The notes beneath the pieces were generated by a model that made no database searches, was not told the origin of the DNA, and saw only the letters and a program-made list of their open reading frames with translations. From positions 1-64,000 of the forward strand of contig CAXHJY010001285.1 of NCBI GenBank assembly GCA_964016885.1: a stretch of DNA of 64,000 bases, read 5' to 3'. A program made the translations under genes and the position numbers. Below, piece by piece: positions 45,951 to 56,512 of this stretch. Position 1 is the stretch's first letter. Each line of letters opens with the position of its first letter. Source of the stretch: Eledone cirrhosa (lineage: Eukaryota).

Positions 45951-46880
45951 ATAATAATAATATTAATAATAATTGTTTCTACTTTTGGCAGAAGGCCAGC
46001 TATTACCCCCAGTGTATTACTGGTACTTTATTTCATCGACCCCATAAGGATGAAAGGCAAAGTTAACCTCGGCGGGATTTGAACTCAGATTGGCAAGGGC
46101 CTCAGTGCGTCAAAGCATGACGTCCGACCCTGTACCGATACTGCCAATCCACCGCCCTTAATAATTATAATGATAATAATTGTTTCTACTATTGGCACAA
46201 GGCCAGCAATTAACCAGTACATTACTGGTACTTTATTTTATCGACCCCCTAAGGATGAAAGGCAAAGTTAACCTCTGCGGGATTTGAACTCAGAATGGCA
46301 AGGGCCGTAACTCTATACGTCAAAGTATGGCGTCCGACCCTCTACCGATACTGCCAATTCACCGTCTAATTGTTTCTACTTTTGGCACTAGGCCAGCAAA
46401 ACCCAGTGCATTACTGGTACTTTATTTTATCGACCCCATACGGATGAAAAGAAAAGTTATTTTGATTCCGGAGTCGGGCCAAAATAATAATAATGATGAT
46501 AATACAAGGACGATTTGCTAAGCATTCATTACATTTATAGATTGGTGACGTGCGTTTCGCTACATCAACTCACGGTTCGATTTTTATCAATCAGGCCCGA
46601 CTCCGGAATCAAAAGCTCGTCGGACATCTGCTGTTTTAATGACATTATTTCCCTTTCATCCTTACGGGGCCGATAAAATAAAGTACCAGTAATGTACTGG
46701 GTAATTGCTGGCCTTGTGCCAAATGTAGAAACAATTATATATATATATATATAATGAACTTTACGGTCGGAGATCAAAACCCGTCGAGGTTAACCTTGCA
46801 TTTATCGGGGTCGATAAAATAAAGTAACAATAATGCACTGGGTAATTGCTGACCTTTTGCTAAATGTAGAAACAATTATA
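45951..46880. mobile_element. SINE cluster: two full (-) copies (45951-46156, 46159-46366), a partial (-) copy (46367-46460) and two partial (+) copies (46650-46740, 46759-46880)
   Basis: Same consensus as 24625-24810; (taa)n tails. Confidence 0.9.
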
Positions 46881-46886
46881 TATATA

Positions 46887-47251
46887 TAATGAAGGAATGA
46901 AGAATAACACGTATAAGCTATACAGTAGGGTTTATTCCAAGCATTAACATATGTTTCATTGAGTAGTATGTGATTGGATAGGTCTTAAAATTGCTATCTG
47001 CAATAATGTTGTGACACTCCATTTTAAATACTGCTCATACAATGCAAAATATCAAAATACCGATTTGGGATCGACGATTCAATGTATTTATACAGGGGCA
47101 TACAGACATTAAGATGAAAAATAACAAGATCAAAAGCTGATAACGATTATAAGACACATCCTACCACACACTAGTCAATGAAACTTATAGTAATGCTTAG
47201 AATAAACCCACCTGTATAGCTTATCTGTGTTATTTTTCATTCCTTCATTAT
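46887..47251. mobile_element. Old fold-back element with ~85-bp arms (decayed inverted pLTR pair)
   Basis: 46887-46972 vs 47165-47251; arms retain GAAA-catatg-tta..aataaa, the 3' half of an HHR-like motif. Confidence 0.6.
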
Positions 47252-47349
47252 TAAAACTCCCAGGAATTGCTTATCTAGGAAATATCCGAAATCGGCCATC
47301 CGAACGCCACAAATAAGTAAACATCTTGTTTGGTCAACCAACGCTGCAC

Positions 47350-47760
47350 GTTAAAATCGCAAGCACCAACACGACATCATCAGGCAGAATCTTACGTGTT
47401 ACGATCATGCAACATATCTAATGCAATACAGGATATCAAAAAGGCAACGGACTATTCGATGTTGCTTCTACGAGTGCATCCCCTTATAAAACTATCAAAT
47501 CGGATTTTTAAGGGAAACCTAGCGTTGACTGCATAAAATATATTGATTCAGCGTTTACTCTTTAGAGCTGTATACGTAAACTTGATTAGTCAATATCATT
47601 TGACACAAGAGTATATGTAAGTGCCACTTCTACAAAATTCAAAGAACGCCGGTACTCATTTCTACAGCTGAGTAAACTGGAGCAACGTGAAATAAAGTGT
47701 CTTGCTCAAGGAAATAACACATCACCCGGTCCGAGAATTGAACTCACAGCCTTTCGATTG

Positions 47761-47813
<53 letters not shown>

Positions 47814-48319
47814 GGAAATTGAGTAAAATCGAATCTCTGGCGGTTTGCAAGCAAATTCGGCCTACTTATGAAATGATGAGTTAGCAAAGCACTCGATAGG
47901 TTAGGTCCTTAGAGTAATAACATGCGTTTAAATAGCTTGACAAATCGAACATTGTGGTAGGCAAAATCTAACACACATTAATATACCAAAGTAACGATAG
48001 AACTAACAGGTTGAGAAAAATACACCTGGACAAATCAAATGATTTTACGTTTAAAGTGTTTCTTTGAATCCGAAATCAAATATCAAACTTATGTGACTGG
48101 CAAGCTCGTGGTATTAATAATCGAACGGAGGATTCAGTTTTTCAACAGGTTTTTCGTTCTACCCAGAACAGGGGTGATAGGCTAAATATTGCTGCTAGAA
48201 GCAGCGTATCGTATCTATAGCTGTCACCTGTTAATTCCAGCAAGGGAAATAACCCCTGGTTTTTGGCGGGTCATTCAAAATGTTAGACAAAGGAAATATT
48301 TTAATTTCCGCTAATCATC

Positions 48320-48402
<83 letters not shown>

Positions 48403-48673
48403 ACATATATACTCTTGTGTTAAATTATATTGACTAACCAAGTTTACGTATACAGCTCTAAAAAGTAAACGCTGAATCAATATGTTTTATGCGCTCAACG
48501 CTAGGTTTCCCTTAAACATCCGATTTGATAGTTTTATAAGGGGATGCACTCGTAGAAGCAACATCGAATCGTCCGTTGCCTTTTCGATATCCTGTATTGC
48601 ATTAGATATATTGCATGATCGTAACACGTAAGATTCTGCCTGATGATGTCGTGTTGGTGCTTGCAATTTTAAC
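47350..48673. repeat. ~270-bp inverted repeat pair (47350-47619, 48402-48673)
   Basis: The arms give nearly the same translated peptide on opposite strands (ORFs 47330+ and 48487-). Confidence 0.9.
47650..47762 (-). mobile_element. CORE-like tRNA SINE fragment
   Basis: Minus strand: gagttcaattc (B box)..ccttgagcaagacactttatttcacgttgctccagtttactcagctgtagaaatgagtacc. Confidence 0.7.
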
Positions 48674-48685
48674 ACATACACACAC

Positions 48686-48838
<153 letters not shown>

Positions 48839-49199
48839 TTTTGTGCTTGTATGTGTGCGTGTAAAATGTTAGGAAATCCTATATTACCAATTTTATCTCA
48901 TCGACATATTCAGATATTTTATATAGGCATGCATGCACACACACATGAAACATCTAATTGAATTCACATATTTTAAATATTTACTCTATTATAAACAAAC
49001 ATGTTCATTAACATGCATTTTCGCTATTGATTCATTGATTCTAAATCTAACGGGAGAGTAGAGTGTACATTTGGGGTCATCAGTCTAGCACACATATCCG
49101 GACAATAAGTGGTGTGGAATCCATTCCCACGCGTCTTGATACCCATTTGTCTCCGTTATAATAATGCATTAGCTAGAGATGGATACTAGGACAAAATTG

Positions 49200-50715
49200 A
49201 ATACATGCATATAGATAGAAACAATTACACATCCACTCATAGCCCCAAACATACCATAGACATAAACACTAACATACACACAATTATCGGTAATGAAAAT
49301 AATAGAGTTACTCGAACCCGAAACAAAAAAGACAGGATAAACCCGGCTACAAATAGATATAACTTAAATACTCCCATAAAGTTAAATAGGAGAGTAAGGT
49401 CCTGTTCAGTTCTGTGGTACAATCCACCACACTCCTTAGGACTACAAAAAAAACATAGCTTTTTTAACGCATTAGATAAATGTTTTCCTAAATCACACAA
49501 ATACAGTCAAATCTTTAATCGAAACACAATTAAACTTTCTTACTTGACAACCAAAAGCATAGCCTAGATTACAGCGAAGATTAACAATAGAAATCTGGGA
49601 ATCAAACAAAGAGATAACTCATAATAGCAAGCACAGAAACACTGGTAGAGTAAACAGCAACTCGAATAACAAGGATAATATATAAATAATATAAACCAAC
49701 GGACACACAGACAAAAATGGTAACATAAATAATTGCAATTGCAGCAATCATAACAGTTTCCCAATGAAAAATAACTATTTAAATGAAAATATTGTTTACG
49801 AATATGAAGTAAGAAGGATAATAAAACTTTAAGAAATATTGGTGCAACTTCTACTAGGTTTAAGGAAAGGTGGTATAACTATTACGACTTATTTAAAAGA
49901 GCTGATAAAAGATCTAGCACAGCCTTGTCGGAACTGATTAGGTCGCTAAAAAATATACAAGTGGAATACTCCCTTTCTTGGTCAAAACTCTCACATGCTT
50001 TTCCATATATGAATGGATCTATATCTAAGGGGTTTGACCTCTGTACTACAGAGACTTTGCACATCATAAATAGTAGGCAAACCCTCTGAAATGTTTAATT
50101 CTTGTTTACACAAAATTAAGAAGACATTTCGGAGTGTATATAGTTAAAACTTCAGTAGATAATGTTAAATAGATCATCAAATAATTAATTAAACATTCAT
50201 AAATATATCGATACATAATAACATCAGCATCAAAGTACAAATATCAAAAATTAGAATTTGTATCTAAGTGAATAATATCTATTATAAAAATATTTTGAAA
50301 TACAGTTTCTACTTGCCCTACTATAGTGACCTAAATCAAGTGACGAATCCGGTAACTTGAACCCTAGCCAGTTCACAAGCAGCAACGCCAATCTCACGCA
50401 CATATAAGAACTGCTACTTGAGGAATTCAGACATATGCTTACTGGTCGGCGAAGCGAATAACACGTATGACCGGTGACATATCAAAGGAACTTTACATCT
50501 CGTTTGTATTTTTGTCTGAAGAGAACGCGTATGGGAGTTGTTATACAACTGCCCTACGTCTTTGAAATACGTATAAGAAAATAAATATGGATGTATGAAC
50601 GAAACCGCCTTTCTTGTTTATTATAAAACTCTGGATGAACAAAAACCGTGGATTGCTTCATATCTGTTAAGAAAACGTCGGCAGATTTTCAATCAACCAA
50701 CTTTCTTCAAATTAT
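49200..50715 (+). mobile_element. Decayed Hydra-like PLE 3' half with pLTR
   Basis: VLWYNPPHS..FFNALDKCFPKSHKYSQIFNRNTIKLSY; IGATSTRFKERWYN..KRSSTALS..SW..DLC. Confidence 0.85.
50508..50582 (+). ncRNA. Type-I hammerhead ribozyme
   Basis: ttttgt-CTGAAGA-gaacgcgtatgggagttgttatacaactgccctacgtcttt-GAAA-tacgta-TA-agaaaa. Confidence 0.8.
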
Positions 50716-50965
50716 ATATATATATATATATAAGCAAGATGTATGGTAGGTCGTATGTGAATCCCTGACTCTTAGGCCCTTTTCAAATTCTCTTAACTCC
50801 CCATAACCCCTCCCTTTTACAACTCCGACAACTAATATAAAAGAGCCCCCTTAGAATATACACCCCAAATATACAAGCGGAGCTGCTGATGTATACCACA
50901 ATTTCAAACTGCTAATCTTGAGTGAAACGTTGATGTAAATAATGAACTTACAATCACATGTTATA

Positions 50966-51012
50966 TGCCTTGAAAAGTCCCACCATATGGTCGGACGAAA
51001 CGGCTGTCGGCA
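50966..51012 (+). ncRNA. Hammerhead ribozyme, U3:A8 core variant, in a TA-bounded solo pLTR fragment (50730-51060)
   Basis: tgcc-TTGAAAA-gtcccaccatatggtcggac-GAAA-cggctg-TC-ggca-ataaa; GUC cleavage triplet. Confidence 0.75.
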
Positions 51013-51069
51013 ATAAACTTGTTATAATGTCATAATAGTTCCTTTGTTCTTTTTCAATAATATATATAT

Positions 51070-51805
51070 GAGCAAATATTGCATCAAGAAAATTAAGACT
51101 TCGGCGTGTTGAGAAAAGGAATTTATTTGCTTTAACATATGTTTCTGTGTCTATTATACATTTTGTACATATGCTGCCTACAATATATATTGTTCAATCA
51201 TATGCAATACTTAATTATTTATTACAGTTCATCAAAAATCCTATAATAGAGTTATTCAACTATTCACTACGGTAATAGCTGTGGTGGAAAGGCTAGTCGT
51301 ATTGTGTCTCTATTTTGTATTCTATGGAATTTGTGTGTAGGAGGAAAGGGTTCGTCTATAAGTTTGAAGAAGAAATAGGATAGCTTAGTAATTACCAGAT
51401 CATTGTGCAGGGGATTATATCGTAGGTATGATTTTGTGCGGGACCTCCTTGGTGTTTTCTTATTTGCAGTATTATTATTTGTCCTGCCACTGTGGGGCTT
51501 TGAGTCGTTGGTATTTAAATTTGCAAATTTTGAATGATATACTTGTGATGTTTCCCATTGGGCTGGTTGGAGTTTCCTCCGCATGGTGTATCTGGAAGAA
51601 ATCTTAGTGGTTCATCATAACCCGCACTAAGTAGAGTAGCGTTGTAGTAGTCTGCATGTGTGTTGTAAGAGGATTCAGAGGCAGACAATTTAGAGATCCT
51701 AAGGGATATATTTTTAGCAATGGAGCTAGTGATAGTCGTAGGATGGTTAGACCAACGATTAATATGTTTTAAGTCATCGTTATGTATAGGAAAGAGTCGG
51801 GACAC
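51070..51805 (-). mobile_element. Decayed Hydra-like PLE fragment
   Basis: SNHPTTI..RISKLS..YYNATLLSAGY; YNPL..FFKLID..FPPTHKFHRI.NRDTIRL; GAAA-catatg-tta remnant at ~51132-51144. Confidence 0.8.
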
Positions 51806-52599
51806 CGACGACTGAGCTCTTGTTGTTTCAAAAGCTATTAAAGTCTGAGACTAGCTGATGAAAAGGCAAGAGCTCAGCCGTTGACATCCCGACTCTTTCA
51901 TATTACTATAATCTACTACGCCAAGTATCGAGTACTCTGGTGAGTAATCGTTTAGACAGGTTTTTACTGCATCCATATTAATTAATATATATATATATAT
52001 TAAAATGGATGCAGTTTTGTTATTAAGAAATAATATTTTGAAATTAATTAGCTGAATACATTTGTAGTACAACTTTCTCTAATTCACAAAATAGTTTTGT
52101 TCAATAATTAGATATGAATTATCTTCTTTTTTAGTCTATGTAGATTTGAAACTATTATAAATTTTCTGTGTGCCTAAATCCGTCTTAGCAAGCTGAATAG
52201 CATATATTTATACCTATTTGAAAATGTGATTTTACATTTCTCTTTAGTTTATATATCTGTTGCTTCCGGTTAAATATTCTCACTTTTCGTTTAACAAAAG
52301 GAATGTGATAATTCATTTAGTTTATATGATATTTAGTTACATAGATGTACACCAGATGTCTTAAGTTATGTTTAAGCTTAACTATAGGACATTTTATGAA
52401 AAGCGTAAGGTATTTTCTCATTTCAATGAAAGTGAAGGTGCACTGTTTTTTTGTTTTCATGTTATTTCGTCACAGTGTTTTATCAAATGCTGTGTCAGTT
52501 TTATGGTCTATCACCACATAACCAGATTACCGCCACTGGTGTCTATTCTTCGTCATGTGTAGAAGGGTCTTGGTGTTGTGACCAGTCCAGTTGTCGAAC

Positions 52600-52810
52600 A
52601 ATGATGTATTTTGTCGCCCTCGACTGTGCCCCGAATGATTGTTTCAGATAAGGAGTGGTAATGAGTTATATGAGCATACCAGGCAAACTTCCGTCGTTTT
52701 ACCATCACAAGGAGAGGTTCCTGACTGTCAGCATATCTGTTAACTTGCGACCTGACAAAACTTTGTTTTGTGCTCCGTGTACGTATATGCAGCAAAACTC
52801 GAATACCTAG
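52600..52810 (-). mobile_element. RTE-type LINE C-terminal fragment
   Basis: EPLLVMVKRRKFAWYAHIT..SLSETIIRGTVEG. Confidence 0.7.
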
Positions 52811-53208
52811 ATTCGTGATTACATGTCAGGTGTGAGAGTTCAATTCAGTTGGATGTGTATAAGTGGTAAATAAAATGATTTTGTTTCATTACGGTTTACA
52901 ACCGCTCACCTTCTTAAATAATCCTAAACATCTGATAACTAATCGATATCCTGTATTTAACTGAATAATAAGACGTTAATACTTCTTGAACAAGCATGAA
53001 AATCATAATGCCTTTAGGGCCAAATTTATATATATATCTAAAATCTTGAGATGTGTTGATATAACTCCGAGCTAGGATATATATATAGCAAAACGAATGT
53101 AATGTGCAAATTTATTTGAAACATTTTACATATGGTTGACTTATAACACACTCGGTCACTTTCCTTCTCACACGCACATAAGCTTCCATGCACACACATA
53201 CATATATA

Positions 53209-53308
<100 letters not shown>

Positions 53309-53912
53309 GAGAGAGAGAGTAAGTAGGATTGGAAAAGGCACGGGAAATATATTTAAAGAATCTGTTTTTCTTTTTTTTCTTCTTTGATCCGTCAAAGTGA
53401 CATTATTGAAAAAATGAGAAAAACATTTTTTTTTTTTAAAGGAATTTAATCTTATAAAGTATATAAGATATATAAAATATTACCGTTTTCGATATATCGG
53501 TGTAATCCATCTAATCAAATATTAAATATTACAATTAAAATGAATTAAAAAAGGATAACAAATTTAAAATGTTAAATTCAGTGTCGCAGAAGGACTGTTC
53601 ATCTATCTTGCTGGGAGCAAGACAGGGTCTAAAAAGAAACCTCATATATATAGAGAGAGAGGTAGTAGTAGTAGTAGTAGTAGTAGTTGTTGTTGTTGTG
53701 TGTTTTCACACAACAACAGTGTTTTTAGGAAGAGGAATGTTTCTGTATATATGTGTGTGTATCTCAATCGAGTTAAAGAACTGGTCAAGAGTTCAGTTGG
53801 AGGTGGCGAGGTGAGCAAACGCTTTAGGTGAGAGATTGTCAAAAGTATAGGATTGTAAAAGAAATTCTATTTTAGGAATGTGGTTTTAGAGGGTATGAGT
53901 GTGTATGTGAGA

Positions 53913-53987
<75 letters not shown>

Positions 53988-54206
53988 CGTGTGTGTGTGT
54001 GTGTCTTATTGTAAGTATGATGGCATTAAAACTTAGTCAGAGAAATATTTTTAGGGAAAGAAAGAAAAAATGTGTTTTTTATATGTTGTATTTATATATA
54101 TATTTGTTTGTTTTTTGTAGTGTCGTGCGTGTATGTGTGTTTTCGTTTGTTTGTTTGTCACAAAAATTTTGTGGTGGGGAATTAAAAAACAGAGTACAGT
54201 ATTAGT

Positions 54207-54393
54207 AATTGTTTCTACTTTAGGCACAAGGCCAGCAATTACCCAGTGCATTACTGGTACTTTATTTTATCGACCCCGTAAGGATGAAAGGCAAAGTCAA
54301 CCTCGGCGAGATTTGAACTCAGATCGTAAAGGGACGTAACTATGCTTGAAAGCATGGCGTCCGACCCTCTACCGATACTGCCAATCCACCGCC
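54207..54393 (-). mobile_element. tRNA-derived SINE with 18-bp TSD
   Basis: Same family as 24625; TSD gagtacagtattagtaat at 54192-54209 and 54396-54413. Confidence 0.92.
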
Positions 54394-54499
54394 CTGAGTA
54401 CAGTATTAGTAATGGCTTCCAATCTGGAATTTGGATAGAAGTTATTTTGGAAAGTGTATAAGTAATTGTGTTGTTTGTGTGTGTGTGTGTGTGTGTGTA

Positions 54500-55378
54500 T
54501 GTGTGTGTGTGTTTTCGTTTAAATTTGTTAAGAAATAGTTTTTCTTTGTTTATTCTTTGTTGTGTGAAAGAATCTGAGCACTTATAAAAGGAGAAGTTTT
54601 TAAAGCTGGGTAGGGTCACTCCTGCACAATCTGCAATGTGGCCGCTTAAGGGGATTTTTTTTTGTGTTTAAGTCTCGGATTTGTTGTCGATGGATGGTCA
54701 TTCTTTTGCGTAATGACAAACACGTCTGCCCTATGTAGTTATGTCGGCACCCACCGCCTGTGATTACGTAGATCAGGTTCTCTTAGTTGAGGGTGAAGTT
54801 CTTACACTGTAAATCTTTGGCCATTTTTAAATGTGAATTTTTGTCCTTCAATTAAGTATAGGCATATGTCACAGTTTGTTCTTCCGCATTCTGTTACTAT
54901 AGGGTTGGAGATTGGTTTGTGTATATTTCTTCCAGTGAGAATGAGTTTCAATGATTCGGGCTGCCTTTTAATTTTAATCTAGTGCATCTAGGATTTCTTT
55001 TTAATTTTTACATCTTTAAATAGAATAGAGAGTATTTTGTGTAGGATGTCGAACATTTCGGTGTTTCTGGGGTTGAACGTGGATACATATGGTAAGGAAT
55101 TGTTTATGTTTCTGTGCTTTGGATCGTTAAGTTAATGAAAATTTAGGTGTTTTGCTTTGTCTATTCCGTTATTAATTACGTCAAGTTTGAAGGCTCTTAA
55201 GGTAAGTGCGTATTTTAGTTCATTTAGTCTTTGTTACCATTTTGTTGGGTCTGATACTAAGGTACATATATGTAAAAAGGGAATGTTAAGTTGTGTATGT
55301 TTTAGGTGATTTGATGTGAAGAGGGGGTACTGTTTGGAGTCCGTGCGTTTATAAAAGATGTCCGTTTCTATTTTCCAT
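54500..55378 (-). mobile_element. Decayed Neptune-like PLE fragment (thumb to GIY-YIG)
   Basis: Minus-strand translation KIETDIFYKRTDSKQYPLFTSNHLKHTQLNIPF..ICTLVSD..LPYVSTFNPRN; PLSGHIADC..QRINKEKLFLNKFK. Confidence 0.7.
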
Positions 55379-55864
55379 TTTAAATACACACATACACACA
55401 CACACGCACATAAATATCTGTGTGTGAGAGTCCTGGATTCAATAATAGATAACCACAGTAAGTAATTTACTCAATAAATTAATAGAGTATATACAACACA
55501 ATTCAATCTAAAATATCTTCTACATGACTAGAACTGTTCCATTCAAAGGTAACAGTTATAGTCCTGTAGTCCTTTAGAGGTCATTTCTAGATTATATATA
55601 TATATATATATATATACATGTAAAGTTAATATTTAAAATTGTTGGGTTACAACTAGTAAATATTTATAACTGATATAAAAGCACTCGACAAATACTTGGA
55701 GTATATTTACAATATTAAATAAATATAGTGTAAGTTTTATAAATACTAATACATTAAAACATAGGGTTTTCTACGCCTCGAATATGTCTGGCTATTTTTA
55801 AATTTTTCTCTCTCTATATCTCTCTATATCTCTCTATATATCTCCCTTACATTAATACTTGAGC

Positions 55865-55899
<35 letters not shown>

Positions 55900-56266
55900 A
55901 TGCATCATTGATACACTTACTCAAAATGACCTCCCACTACCTAATTTTTCTATATCTATATTTATATATGTATCTATCTCTATTTCCTCTCTCTCTCTAT
56001 ATATATATATATATCTCTTTCGGTCTCTTTACATGAAGCTCTTCGCTTTATCTATTTTTCCATCTCTCTATTTTGTCCCATGCATTTCTTCTTTTTCTTC
56101 TTTTTCTTCCTTTTCTTCGTTTTGTCTTTCTTTCTTTCTTATTTCCCTCTTTTCTCTCTCTCTTTCTTTCTCTCTGTATTTTCACTGCTAGAGTGAACCT
56201 CTTCAAATGAAGTTGATGTTTATTACGGTATGTCGAATATATTTATCTATAAAACTGTTTATATTG

Positions 56267-56332
56267 TATTTTGTCTGATGAAGGCATAGCATATTGTTAA
56301 TATGATATCCCCGAAATATATATAATGAAATA
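56267..56332 (+). ncRNA. Type-I hammerhead ribozyme, 5' pLTR
   Basis: tattttgt-CTGATGA-aggcatagcatattgttaatatgatatcccc-GAAA-tatata-TA-atgaaata. Confidence 0.85.
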
Positions 56333-56512
56333 GATATGGTTTTATAAATATAGTTTTCCATTTATTTAATATTGTAAATATACTCCAAGTATTTGTCGAG
56401 TGCTTTTATATCAGTTATAAATATTTACTAGTTGTAACCCAACAATTTTAAATATTAACTTTACATGTATCTTGCTCCAATACTGTTGAGCGCTTTATAT
56501 TATAACTGAAAA

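Noticed and set aside
46540-46575. Minus-strand GAAA-cgcacg-TC motif; similar weak motifs at ~13050-13095 and ~53478-53524
   Set aside because: Core or stem II too degenerate to call a ribozyme.
48636-48672. CTGATGA in the 270-bp inverted repeat
   Set aside because: No downstream GAAA or stem II.
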